Assembly (NCBI GenBank): GCA_024137785.1
Contig: JAHRHZ010000112.1
Location: 43,442,288-43,506,287 of the forward strand
Reading direction: 5' to 3'
Length of the DNA stretch: 64,000 nucleotides
Source of the DNA: Ginglymostoma cirratum
Lineage: Eukaryota
Shown here: positions 1 to 12,378 of the stretch, piece by piece
Layout of the letters: the number at the start of each line of letters is the position of its first letter
How positions within the stretch are numbered: position 1 is the first letter of the stretch
Notes under the pieces: generated by a model
What the model was told of the DNA's origin: nothing
Databases searched by the model: none
Seen by the model: only the letters and a program-made list of their open reading frames with translations
Translations under genes and position numbers: made by a program

Positions 1-239
1 AAAAATGTGGTGAGAATGAAAACATCAGGTTCTTGATGGTGAGAAAAGCTTTCCCCTCAAGCATTAAATGCTGGCTTTGGAATCTCAGCACCGAATGGTG
101 TCTACCTTATCTCCAAACATTTGCATCCCATTAAAGCTCCAACTTGCCTCAATTCTTCCTTTCTTTAGCTAGAAAGCAGACAGTGCAAATTCCCAATACA
201 GAAATCCAAGTGGGTGCCTGCTAAATGCAGTTCCAGAAA

Positions 240-547
240 TAGCTTCTCCTGGCCATCATTCAACAGGCCCCTCACCACAATCTTCCTACTCCATGACCAC
301 CATCCGCCTTGAAGCCATGTCCATGCAACTCAGCATCGCCAAACTACCACATCATCACGTCTGCTCTTTGCAGGATATAGGGGTACATCAAGGTCCTGGG
401 CTCTCAAGGGACCCTGTGTATGCGACAGGGTGCTGTGCTCAGGAGCAAGGTCAGACCTGGGTCAATGATTTCTGTCACTTGCCCTGTCTGTCAGGCCAAC
501 TCACACGTCATTCAGGGAGATGTGTCAGTGATGGGCTTGTCCACTAA
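240..547 (+). mobile_element. Highly decayed Penelope-like GIY-YIG 3' fragment (tentative)
   Basis: HLPCLSGQLTRHSGRCVSDGLVH loosely parallels LPVANHFNSPSHSSDDTSILGLLH of the PLE at 54.6-55.2 kb. Confidence 0.3.
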
Positions 548-992
548 TACCTCCAGGTCCTTTTCCACTTGGATGGTGAGGAATTTGTTAAATGTGTTCA
601 AGAACATTTTCTTTATCGATATGTAAATGTACCTACTAGAGAAGGAGCAAAACTTGACTTTCTCTTGGTAAATAAGGCAGGGCAAGTGACTGAAGTGTTA
701 GTAGGGGAACACCTTGGGACGATGATCATAATTATATTAGTTCTAATATAGTTACGAGAAAGGATAAGCCCTCCATAAAAGTTCGTTCTTAACTGGAGTA
801 AGACAAATTTTAATGGCATGAGATAAGAGCTTCAAAAGTTGACTGGACTAGACTGTTCGCAGATTAGAGGATGACTGACAAGTGGGAGGCTTTCAAAAGT
901 GTGATAACTAGAGTTCAGAGGCATTATGTTCCAGTTAGAGTGAAGGGTAAGGCTGGTAAGAGTAGGGAACAATGGATGAATAAAGATATGAA

Positions 993-1156
993 GGTTGTTG
1001 AGGTTGGTTGGCTCGCCGAGCTGGTTTGTTGTTTTGCAGACGTTTCGTTACCATGCTTGGTACGTCAACGAAACATCTGCAAAACCACAAACCAGCTCAG
1101 CGAGCCAACCAACCTCAACAACCCACAACCCGAGCTACAGATCTACTCCAAAACCT
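993..1156. mobile_element. Fold-back PLE-derived insert (family C) inside CR1
   Basis: Arms about 993-1049 and 1068-1123 are reverse complements ending inward at GAAAC[G/A]TCTGC. The right arm has an extra ~33-nt tail. Imperfect TSD taaagatatgaaggtt (981-996) / tagagatattaaggtt (1157-1172). Confidence 0.7.
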
Positions 1157-1294
1157 TAGAGATATTAAGGTTCTAGTCAAGAATAAGAAAGAATCATAAA
1201 TTAGATATAGACAACTGGGAGCAAATGAATCTCTTAAAGAGTATAAAGAGTTTATGGCCATTCTTTAGAGGGAACCAGGAAGGCAAAGAGTTGA

Positions 1295-1390
1295 GATAAC
1301 AAGCATGGGGCTGGATGAACACAGCAGGTCAAGCAGCATCATAGGAGCAGGAAAACTTGACGTTTCGGGCCTAAACCCTTCATCAGAAAT
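1295..1390 (-). mobile_element. Short solo PLE pseudo-LTR insert (family A) with hammerhead-like core
   Basis: Same sequence family as the 3' end of the PLE at 54.3 kb. TSD gcaaagagttga at 1283-1294 / 1391-1402. Minus strand reads TTT-CTGATGA-A-GGGTTTAGGCCC-GAAAC-GTC-AAG. Confidence 0.85.
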
Positions 1391-2379
1391 GCAAAGAGTT
1401 GATATGAGATAGCTGTAGCAGATAAGGTTAAGAATAATCCAGAAAGATTCTACAAATACATTATGAGCAAAAGAGCAACTAGAGAGAGAATAGGGCCCCT
1501 TAAAGATGAACAAGGTCATCAATGTGTTGAACTTCAGGAGATTGAGGGGATGCCAAGTGAATATTTTGCATCAGCTGTTACTGTGGTGAAAGAAATGGAG
1601 GCTAGAGAACTCAGGGAAATAAATACTGATGTTTTAAAAACTGTTCATATTACAGAAAAGGAAGTGCTGGATGTCTTAGAAAACATTAAAATTGGATAAA
1701 CCTCTGGGATCTGATCAAGTGTGTCCCAGGATGTTGTGGGAAGTTAGGGAAGAAACTGCAGGGCCTCTAGCAGAAATATCTGTGTTGTCTATAACCACGG
1801 GTGAGGTGCCGGAGGACTGGATGGTGGTTGATGGTGTGCCGCTATTTAAGAAAGGCAGCAAGGAGAAGCCTGGGAACTATAGACTTGTGAGCCTGACACT
1901 TGTGTTGGGTATATTGTTGGAGGTGATTCTGAAAGGTAGGATTTATATGCATTTGGAGATGCAAGGAATGATTAGGGATAGTCAACATGGTTTTGTGTGA
2001 GGGAAATCATGTCCCTCAAACTTGACTGAGGTTTTTAAGAAGTAACCAAAATGATTGATGAGGGCAGAGCGGTAGACATTGTGCTGTTCTGGTTGCCCTG
2101 CTATAAGAAGGATATTATTAAATTGGAGAGGGCACAGAAAAGATTTATCAGGATGTTGCCGAGAATGGAGGGTTTGATATATAAAAATAGGCTGGGACTT
2201 TTTCATAGAGTGTAGGAGGTTGAGGGATGACCTTTTCAAGGTTTATCAATCTTGAGGGGCATAGATACGGTGAATAACAAGGGTCTTTTCCATAGGGTAG
2301 GGGTGTTCAAAACTAGGGAGCATATTTTTAAGGCGACAGGAGCAAGATTTAGAAAGGACAGGAGGGTGAGGTGAGACTG

Positions 2380-3514
2380 ACAGCCCTTAAAATCAAGGCT
2401 CCACAATCGAGTGTGGCATCAAGGATCCATGGCAAAACTGAAATCCGCGGGTATTGAGACAAATTCTCCTGGAGTCATACCTGACACATAGGAAGATGTT
2501 GTAGCTTTGGGAGGTCGGTTATCTCAGCTCCAGGACATCTCTGCAGGAGTTCCTCAGGGTAGTGTCCTCGGCCCAACCATCTTTAGCTGCTTCATCAATA
2601 ACCCTCCCTCCATCATAAGGTCAGAAGTGGGGATGTTCACCGATGATTGCACAATGTTCAGCACCATTCGTGACTTCTCAGGTACTGACGTAGTCCATGT
2701 TCAAATGCAGCAAGATAATATCCAATTCTGGGCTGATAAGTGGCAAGTACCATTCACATCACACAAATGCCAGGCAATGACCATCTCCAATGAGAGACAA
2801 TCTAAGATTAAACCCTTGACATTCAATGGTTTTAACAGCACTGAATCCCCGACTGTCAACATCCTGACAGTTACCATTGACCAGAAACTGAACTGGACTC
2901 ACCATATAAATACAGCACCTACAAGAGCAGGTCAGAGGCTAGGAATCTTGCAGCAAGTAACTCATCTCCTGACTCCCCAAAGCCTGTCTACCACTTACAA
3001 AGCACGAGTCAGGAGTGTGATGGAATACTCCCCACTTGCCTGGATGGCTGCAGATCCAACAACACTCAAGAAGTTGACACCATTCAGGATGAAGCAACCT
3101 GCTTGATCCATAAACTTTCACTCTTTTCACCAACAACGCACAGTAATGGCAGTGTTTATCATCTACAAAATGTACTTCACAGCTTTAGCAAGGCTCCTGA
3201 GTTAGCACCTTTCAAACACACAATCAGTTCCACCCAGAACGAAAGGGCAGCAGATACCTGGGAACATCAACATCTTCAAGTTGCTCTCCAAGCCACTCAC
3301 CATCCTGACATGGAAATATATCGCTGTTCCTTCACTGTCGCTGGGTCAAAATCCTGGAATTCCCTCTGCAACAGCATTGTACATGTATCTACATCAAATT
3401 AGCTGCAGAAGTTCAAGCAGGCAGCTCACCACCATCTTCTCAAAGGGCAGCTAGGGACAGGCAGTAAATAATGACCCAGTCAGTGTTACCCACATCCCAT
3501 GAGCGAATAAAAAA
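2380..3514 (+). mobile_element. CR1-clade LINE (second family), RT C-terminal half plus 3' UTR ending in an A-tail
   Basis: GVPQGSVLGPT..MFTDD..WADKWQV..YKARVRSVMEYSPLAW; 3' end cccacatcccatgagcgaataaaaaa. Confidence 0.88.
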
Positions 3515-3559
3515 GTAAATTAATTACTTTGGAAGTGTAGTCACTAACACTCTCAACTG

Positions 3560-4870
3560 TGTCGCTGCCTCCCAAGATAATGCATGTTTTCTCTGAAACT
3601 CCCTAATCTGACTCCTGTTTCACCACAGCACTGACATGGTCCTTATCAACGTCACAAATGATATTGTCCACAACATTAATGTCTGCATTATCATCTTAAC
3701 TTGTCCCAGTCTTTACAGAGACATTTCATAATGGCTGTGGGTTGTTGAGATATTTGGCCACATCATCCTTCTTCACAGTACCTCCTCCAGTGTCTGTTGG
3801 AGTGGTCTGCTGCACCTGAATCCACACTTACCTATCCAACCATTGCTACAGAATCACCTACTGAGGCTTTCTCCTCATTACATCCACACTCAAACACCCA
3901 GTGCCCACCAACCCCCACACAGACTTCCTTCAGGACATCTTCTCAGCCGCATTCAAGCCCTTAACTTCCAAACCTGTATCCAGTTTCACATCCACACTGG
4001 TAACATCAGCTCAATGCACTTAAACCTCTCTTGACCTTTCCATTGCCAATTTGACAATCAGTATCAGATAAGCCAGATTCGTTCCAATGAAACAATGAGA
4101 AGATTGAAGCCATTGTCTTTGGATCCCACCATGAACTTTGTTCCCTAGCCACTGATCCATTCCTCCACATTGGACACAATCACAGACTGAAGAACACTGT
4201 TCTCAAGCTTGATATCTAATTTGCACTGTGATGGCCTTCCAAACCTATGGCCCTCTCTCAAATTCCTGCTCATTTTGACTTATCAGAATTTTTTTTTGGC
4301 ATTCATTTTTAGTTGAGATGCCTTTAACACCTTCTGTAGCTGCTTTCTGAGGCTATTCATAACCTGGTCAACCCCTTGAAGGTGAGATTCTAAAAGCTGC
4401 TAACATAAAGCTTGTCTACTCTGCTCCTATGTCAGCCCACGTGCCTACAAAATTCTTACACACGCCCGTTTCACCTCAATGGTCCTGATGCTCTCCTGGC
4501 TGGCTTCCTATATTCTGCCTTTTGTAAACTTCACGTGGTCCAAAATTCTGTTTCCCCTGACCCAATCCCCCAACAGGTCCTCTTCATCTGTGAACTCGGT
4601 CCTCACTGACCAACACTGGCTGCTAGACTCCCAACATCTCACAATGTGCATAGCTTCACTCTCACCCTCCATTCATCCATTTCCCTGATTCTGACCTCTT
4701 GTGCAATTCCTTCTTTTTTTTTTCCCCCAACCATTGGCAAATTAAATTCTACTACCCGCAGCCATACATGCTGTAAATCAGTCCCTTAAATCATCAACCA
4801 CTCCCACACATTCTTCCCTTGTGAGATCATCATTTAAATTCATCTGTTCAAATAGGCTGCTTAATAACCA
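3560..4870 (+). mobile_element. Old L2 LINE remnant
   Basis: caccacagcactgacatggtccttatcaacgtcacaaatgatatt encodes HHSTDMVLINVTNDI (L2 RT motif HSTETAL.KVTND). CT-rich decayed body with L2-type 3' segments. Confidence 0.7.
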
Positions 4871-5159
4871 GGCCTGAATCCACCTCCTGGTGTCGGAACA
4901 AAGACTTAAGATAAAGTTAGAAACAATGGAAAGAGAGCAGAAGCCATGGGGTAAATCGAAGAAAGCCACGTTTCCATTCCAACAGAGGATGCTGCATGAT
5001 TTCACTGTTGGTTTCCCATCTTCACTGTCATTTTAAATGATGAAAATCATCTGAACTTTTTAAATCTTCAAGAAAAATAATATTGGTTCTACCAGATTTT
5101 ATTTAAACTTAAAAGTGTAATTGTAATGGGGTTTTGCAGCAGTTGTTTTAATCTGTCAT

Positions 5160-5325
5160 CCATCACTGTCCCTGGGTCAAATGCCAGAAACGCTCTCCAT
5201 AACAGCACTGTGGGTGTACCAACACCACAGCAGCTCAAGAAGGCAGCTCACCACCACATTCTCCTGGGGAATTAGCGATGGGCAATAACTGCTGGCCAGC
5301 CAATGACAATCATGTCCCAATATGA
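5160..5325 (+). mobile_element. 3' fragment of the second CR1-clade family
   Basis: aggcagctcaccaccacattctc..gggcaataa matches 3420-3500. Confidence 0.7.
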
Positions 5326-5519
5326 GACCACATGAATGGCGAATGACTGCACAGACATCCTCCTGTCCTGACCCAGAGACTCAGCTTGAGCCCCTGATGG
5401 TAAAAAAATGTTGGAATCATCTCAGTATCAGAACAGCAAGTTCAGGCTCATGAACATACACATTATCTGCTGAATCTCACACCAAGCAATCTGTCTTGAT
5501 AAACTGTAAACAATGTATA

Positions 5520-6092
5520 TATAGAAACATAGAAGATAGGAGCAGGAGGGGGCCAATCAGCCCTTTGAGCCTGCTTTGCCATTCTTCGCTATCATGGCTG
5601 ATCATCCAACTCAATAGCCTAATCCTGCTTTCTCCCCATAACCTTTGATCCCATTCGCCCCAAGTGCTATATCTAGTCCCCCCTTGAATACATTCAATGT
5701 TTTGGCATCAACTACTTCCTGTGGTAATGAATTCCACAGGCTCACCACTCTTTGAGTGAAGAAATGTCTCCTCATCTCTGTCCTAAATGGTCTATCCTGA
5801 ATCCTCAGACTGTGACCCCTTGTTCTGGACACACAAACCATCGGGACCATCCTCCCTGTCCAGTCCTGTTGGAAAATTAAAAGTCTCTATGAGATCCCCC
5901 CCTCACTCGTCTGATCTCCAGCAAAAACAATCCCAACCTAGTCAATCTCTCCTCATACATCAGTCCCAACATTCCCTGAATCAGCCTGGTAAACTCTCGC
6001 TGCACTCCCTCGAGAGCAACAGCATCCTTCCTCAGAAAAAGGAGACCAAAACTGCTCACAATATTTCAGGTGTGGCCTCACCAAGGCCCTGC
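5520..6092 (-). mobile_element. CR1 LINE 3' fragment
   Basis: Minus-strand LVRPHLKYCEQFWSP..RTRGHSLRI..FFTQRVVSLWNSLP; (ttctatg)-type tail near 5520. Confidence 0.9.
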
Positions 6093-6178
6093 TCAAAACC
6101 TCTGTTTTACACTCCAAATATGGCGCTGATGTGATCAAAACTCTCACACCTAATACACTATGGCAGGTCAGGATTTTC

Positions 6179-6386
6179 ATATGAATAAAACCAAGCTCTG
6201 TGGATGCTGGAAATCTGACAGAAATTGCTGGTAAAGTGAACAAGCCTGGTAGTATCTGTGGACAGAAAACAGAGTTAATATTTTGTGCCCAGTGACTCTT
6301 TATCCCTGACCGAAACATTAACTCTGCTTTCTTTCCACAGATGCTGCCAGACCTGATGAGCTTCTCCAGCTATTTCTGCTTTTGAT
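6179..6386. mobile_element. Fold-back PLE-derived insert (family B), centre collapsed
   Basis: Inverted arms (..gtggacagaaaacagagttaat / attaactctgctttctttccacagatgctgccagacctg..), tail on left arm only. TSD tcaggattttc at 6168-6178 / 6387-6397. Confidence 0.78.
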
Positions 6387-6789
6387 TCAGGATTTTCTGA
6401 GGACACAAGCAAACAAATGAACATGTTGAGGTGAAGGGGAATAAGGCTTCAAAAATACATTAAAATGTACAAAATTATTTTGAGGATTAAGATAATGGCA
6501 ATGTACTTCTCTGCTGTCGTTTTCTATACTGAAGTTTGTTCACTAATAATAACTGAGAAATGTAGGGCCACTAGGGGGCCCTGTAACCAAGGTTTAGCTC
6601 AAACCTGGAAACCATATGTTTGATAATTAGATATGAATCCATCCCCTGCTGTTGTGACATTGAATTTACAACTGAGACCAGAATTTCTAATGTGAGAATA
6701 GTATATGAAAATGTTTAAAAAATTCAAAGCACAGTTAATTTTATGGGACAGCATACTAGACAGTTTTTGAGAGGAATAAACATGAATGA

Positions 6790-7145
6790 CACGCCGGCCT
6801 TTCTCTCAGGTACAAGGGTAGGAGTTTTAACCTGGGCTAGGATAGACAAGGCAGTGGCGTATTCAGTTGTACCAAAATGGGAACTGTGACATACTTTGGT
6901 GATCACAGGAGCATTTTGTTCTTTTTTAATGAAGAGAGGTTGGGACAGAGGCACCAAGTGGCCTGTTCCAAGCCGATAAAGTCAACAGCTTGTGAGGCTT
7001 TGGGTTTTTTTAGAAGTTGGAACAATAGAAGCAGCATGAATGGGTGGGGTCAGAGCCTGACTTCAGCTTTCAGTAGTTGTTGTGGTTTTGACATGGGCTT
7101 TAGAAACTGCCATACCTCGCTCTCTGTGCCAAAATTTTCTCTTGA
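6790..7145 (+). mobile_element. Probable LTR-retrotransposon LTR fragment
   Basis: Resembles recalled shark LTR sequence (ttttagaagttggaacaatagaagcagc..gggtggggtcag); no termini or TSD resolved. Confidence 0.3.
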
Positions 7146-7359
7146 ACGTTAGCCTAGGTTTCTGGATTACTAGTTCAGCAACGTTACCACCCTCCCTCCT
7201 TTGTGTTCTGCAATCAGTTCAATTTGAGGGCTGTGGAATGAGTTTCCCTGAGATATAGTGGGTAGCCACGTTGCCAGCACTGCTTGTGGGATAGGAACAT
7301 TAGCAGTGCTTGCCCCCTTACCTTTGCCCCAAATGATGTACAGACCCCCATAGGTTTGA

Positions 7360-7800
7360 TTGATATAGAAACATACAAGATAGGAGCAGTAGGCCATTCA
7401 ACACCTCGAGTCTGCTGCATCATTCAACATGATCATGGCTGATCATCGAGCTCAATACCCTCATCCCACCCTCCCCACATATCCCTTGATCTCTTTAGCC
7501 ACAAGAACAAAAGTTACTACCTTTTTGAAAATACAATGTTTTGGTCTCAAACACTTATAGTGGTCATGAATTCCACAGGCACACCACTCTCTGGATGAAG
7601 AAATTTCTCCTCATCTCAGTCTTAAAAGGTTTACCTCTTAGTCTTAAACTAAGTCATGTTGGACTCCCCCAATATTGGGACCATCCTTCCTCTATCTGAT
7701 CTGTCTTGACCTGTTAGAATTTTATAGGTTTCTTTGAGATGCCCCCCAAACCAACTTTCTTCTAAACTCCAGTGAATATAGTTCTAACCAACATAATCTC
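7360..7800 (-). mobile_element. CR1 LINE 3' fragment
   Basis: Paralogous to 5520-5950 (taggagcagtaggccattc..gaattccacagg..gaagaaatttctcctcatctc). Confidence 0.85.
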
Positions 7801-8039
7801 ACTTCATATGACCCTTCTCACCATAATCTAACTTAGTGATCAAAAATGCCTGCTGCCTCCACAACCTAATCTCCAGATGACCATTTTTCTTTGCCCCATG
7901 CTCTGATCGCCAAAGGCAGCCCATTGCTGGCAATCTCTCCATCTGCCCTCTCCAGCTATGAGCCTGGATGGCCAGCTTGCTCCTTTGGCTGCAGCAAGAA
8001 AAAAGTAACTCCATAGATAGTTACACACGTAGCAATATT

Positions 8040-9630
8040 CTAAGAATCCTTAGTTTCAGGAAAAATCCCAAAAGATTGGACAACTGCCAATATAACACTT
8101 TTATTCAAAAAGGGAGGGGTCAAAAAAATAGATAATTATAAACCAGTTAACTTACCGTCTGCCATTGGGAGAGTGCTAGAGTCCATTGTAATAGCAGAGC
8201 CTTTTAAAATACATGATATGATCATGCAGAGTCAGCCTGGTTTCACAAAGAGTAAGTCAGAACAAAACAATTTATTACAAATCCTTGAGGAGGTAACACG
8301 CAGGCGTGATAAAGGGGAATCGATAGATGTCATATATTTCCAAAAGGTGTTCGATAAGATACCCCTTATAAAGTTACTTAATAAGCGTCCATGGTATTGG
8401 GAGTAATACATTAACACGGATAGATGATTGGCTAACTCATAGATGACGGAGAGTTGGAATAAATGGGGCATTTTCAGGGTGACAACGGTAACTTGTGGAG
8501 TACCACAGGGAGATAGCAAGAACTGCTAATGCTGGAGCCTGAGACAACACAGTGTGGACCTGGAGGAACACAGCAGGTCAGGCAGCATCAGAGGAGCAGG
8601 AAAGTTGACAGTTTGGGCCTAGACCCTTCATGAGGATGTCATCAAGGCCCGAAACATCAGCTCTCCTGCTGCCTGACCTGGAGTACCACATGGATCAGTG
8701 CTGGGGCCACAATTATTTTCTATATATTTTGACATGGATGGAGGAAGTGAATGTACCATTGCCAGTCTGCAGTGAAACAAAAATAGCTGAAAATGCAAGT
8801 AGTGAGGATGACATAAAGAGTCTACAGAGGGGTGACAGACAGGTTAAGTGAATGGGCAGAAACTTGGCAGATGGAATATGATGTGGGAAATGTGAGGTTA
8901 TGCACTTTGGCAGGAAGAACAGAAAAGTTGAATTTTGTTCAAATGAGGAATGACTAGTGAAAGCTGCCGAGCAGAGGAATTTGGGGTAGTTGTCACAAAA
9001 AGCTAGCATGCAAGTTCAGACCATAATAGAGAAGACAGATTGACTTTTATTGCAAAGGGAATGAAGTATACAAATAGTCAGCTCTTGCTGAAACTATGCA
9101 AGGCTCTAATCAGGCCACAGTTGGAATACATTGAACAGTTTTGGTCCCTTTATGCAAGGAAAGCTTCACTGATTTTGGAGGCAGTCCAGAGAAGGTTCAC
9201 TAGGTTGATTCCTGATATGAAGGGACTGTCTTTTGAGATGAGGTTCAGTACGTTGGGCTTGTAGCCATGAGCACAGGCCTTATTGAAACATAAAAGGCTA
9301 TAAGGAAGCTTGACATCATTGATTCAGAGATGTTGCTTCCCCTTGTGGGAGAATCTAAGACCAATGGGCATAATCTCAGAGTAAGGGATCATCCATTTAA
9401 GGCAGAGATGAGAAGTATTATTTTCCCTCAGAGGGTAGTGAATCTGAGGAATTTTTTACCATAAAGGGCTGTCGAGGCTGGGTTCTTAAGTACATTTGAG
9501 GCTGTGTCGTTAAGTATACTCAAGGCTGAGATAGATTTTTAATCAGCAAGGGAATCAAGTATTATGGTAATAAGGTAGGAGAGGGCAGTTCAAATTATTA
9601 TATCAGCCATGATCTAATTGAAAGGCAGAA
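8040..9630 (+). mobile_element. CR1 LINE RT remnant split by a PLE insert
   Basis: SQPGFTKSKS..YFQKVFDKIP; GVPQG motif duplicated around the insert; LIRPQLEYIEQFWS..VQRRFTRLIP. Confidence 0.88.
8511..8678. mobile_element. Older family A fold-back PLE insert in the CR1 GVPQG codons
   Basis: TSD tggagtaccaca[g/t]gg at 8496-8510 / 8679-8693. Left arm carries the tail; short right arm aggcccgaaacatcagctctcctgct. Confidence 0.8.
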
Positions 9631-10189
9631 CAAACCTCCCAGGCCAGGCTAATGCAATTTGATTTTCAAATATGTTTAGAAGGACAGACAATGTTGACCA
9701 TATTTGTAGCTGGCACACACCCATCCTGCATGTGCAAACTACAAAGCAGTGTCTCACTGCTAAGAAATAGGAGGCTGCAGATTGAGACAGAGGATGATTT
9801 CCTGAGGTAACTAGTTTGATCTTGGATTTTGAGATTAATTCCTGTTTGAATCTTCTATTGTGAGGTCAAAGTGCCATGCAGGTGTTGCCAAAAACACGGA
9901 TGGCATATCTTGGTCTCAATTCCAGTAACTCCTCCACCACACATTCCTAAAACTGGCCAGGACAGGTACAGACTGGTGGGAGAAGGAATATGTTGATAAG
10001 TAGAAACACAAACTCCACTTTTCAGCCCCTCTACTTGTGCCCTTTCTAACGTCCACCTCAAAAAAGCAAGTTTTGGAAGATTTATCTTTGCAGGAGATAA
10101 ACCCAGGACTCACATAACATAAATGAATAAGAAAACATTCACTGACATTCAAGTAAAGAGTTGTTTTGTGGTTAACTACATTAAGACAA

Positions 10190-11828
10190 AGACACAGAAA
10201 CAAAGATACACCCCTCTCTGATGTGCTCAATGCTTTCTATGTTTGGTTTGGGCAGAATGCCAGCAGCGCAGTGACACCTGCCCCAACAGCCCCAGACAGA
10301 CCTGTTCCCTCTGTCACCGCTTCAGACGTCAGATCGGTCTCTTCCTGGGAGTCAACCCAAGGAAAGTGATGGGCCTGGATGATGTTCCCAGCCGAGCACT
10401 CAGATCTTGTGCAAACCAACTGGTGAAGGCATTCACTGACCTCGCCCTCCTACAAGCCAAGATCCCCATTTGCTTCAAAAAGACCACCATCAGCCCTGTA
10501 ACTAAGAAAGCACATGGACTGTGCCTTAATAACTACCATCCAGTGGCTCTGACCTCCATAATCATGAAATGCTTCCAGAGACTGGTTATGGCCCACATCA
10601 ACTCCAGTCTCCCAATCTGCCTCAATCCCCTGCAATTTGCCTACTGATGTAACAGGTCCACAGTGGATGCCATATCCCTAGCCCTGCACTCAAACCTGGA
10701 ACATCTGGACAACAAAGCCACTTACGTCAGACTCCTGCTTGTTGACTACAGCTCCACCTTCAACACCATTATCCCCTCCAGACTGATTTCAAAACTGTGT
10801 GACCTTGGTCTTGGCTCCACCCTCTGCGACTGGATACACAGCTTTCTGCCCCACAGACTGCAGTGAGGATAGGTAATTGCACCTCCTCCACAATAACGCT
10901 CAACACTGGAGCCCCCTCAAGGGTGCATCCTCAGACCTCCAACTGTACTCCCTGTACACCCATGACTGTGTTGCCAAATTCCGAATGAACGCCGTCAACA
11001 AGTTCGCTGACGACACCAACATAGTGGGATGGATATCTAACAACGACAGTCAAAATACAGAAGGGAGGTAGAGGGCTCGGTGACGTGGTGCAATGAAAAC
11101 ATCTCTCTCAACGTCAGCAAAACTAAAGAACTAATCATTGACTTCAGAAACAAAGGAGAACACGCTCCCATCTACATCAAAGGAACGGAGGTTGAGAGAG
11201 TGGAGAGTGTCAGGCTTCTCCGAGTGACGATACTGACAACTTGTCCTGGACTTCCCAGTAGAAGCAACGGTTAAGAAGGCACAACAATGCCTGTTCTTCC
11301 TCAGGCGGCTCAGGAAATTTGAAATGTCCATAAGGAAGCTCACCAACTTCTACAAATGCACCGCAGAAAGCAAACTGTCCGGGTGCATAATGGCCTGGTA
11401 TGGCAACTGCTCTGCCCAGGACCATAAGAAACTAGAGAAGGTGGTGTGCACAGCCCAGACCATCATGGAAGTCAACCTTCCATCTATGGACAACATTTAC
11501 ACGGCTCACTGCTGCAGAAAGGCTGCCTCAAAGACCGACTGCACTACAGTAATGATATCTTACTACATCTTCCATCAGGCAGAAGATACAGAAGCGTGAA
11601 CACATGCACCAGCAGGTTCAGGTGCAGCTCCTTTCCATCCATTATCAGATTATTGAGTGGACTCTCTGGCCTCAAATAAAGCTGATCTTGCCTAGCGCAC
11701 GCTCTGTGCAATGTAACCTGTATGTCTCTGTATAAGTCTTTTCAATCTGTACATCTTTGCTTACTATGATCTGCCTGTGCTGCCTGTAACTGTACTTTAG
11801 TACACCTGAAAATCAATCAATCAATCAA
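10190..11828 (+). mobile_element. Rex1/Babar-type non-LTR retrotransposon, 5'-truncated and frameshifted
   Basis: [74 protein letters not shown] and KTKELIIDFR; ends in an (aatc)n tail at 11811-11828. Confidence 0.88.
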
Positions 11829-12145
11829 CTGTTATGTGTAGTACGCAAACAACACTTACTCAAATCCCATGTAATATTATTAAAGAGGGATGACTTATAG
11901 GACAATGTTGGCGATCTTTATTAATTTGAATGATGATTTATCTGCACATATTTCCTATCCATCATATACACAAGCTGTGTAAGACCTCTTTGTCACATTT
12001 AATTTTTGACAAATTTATTTGGAGTAAAAAAAGCAGAATTTTCATCTTTGCTTTTAGCTTGTAGCCTAAAGAGAAACTATGTTCAAACTGGCCAATGTTA
12101 CCACCTATTTCAGAATAATTTTACATTAAGAGGAAAGAACAGTTT

Positions 12146-12378
12146 TAAAATAAGTGCACAGAGGCCAGTATTCTGTCATCAAGTCACCCTTTATTTACTT
12201 GTGCACAGTACATGGACTCTGACCAGCCAGCTCAGGGCCAAGCCCTAGACTGAGGAGACTCTCTGAATCTCCTGTTTATATCTGTCAGCTGGGGCTCCCT
12301 GATTGGCTGAGGTTAACAAACCCAATCAACGATCTTGTGGTCAATGAGATCCACCAGGCCCCGGTTCCAATCACTACA
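12146..12378 (-). mobile_element. Solo LTR (Gypsy-like)
   Basis: Minus strand begins TGTAGTG and contains CCAAT/ATTGG boxes, TATAAA and AATAAA in promoter-to-polyA order. Flanks agttt (12141-45) / agtat (12379-83) form a near 5-bp TSD; the terminal CA is decayed. Confidence 0.65.

Larger units (their letters stand above)
548..2365 (+). mobile_element. CR1 LINE ORF2 remnant (endonuclease end, linker, RT start, internal deletion near 2080, RT C-terminus), interrupted by two PLE-derived inserts
   Basis: Peptides FVKCVQEHFLYRYVNVPTREGAKLD, GEVPEDW..VPLFKKGSKEKPGNYRLVSLT and SQHGFV; multiple frameshifts. Confidence 0.9.
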
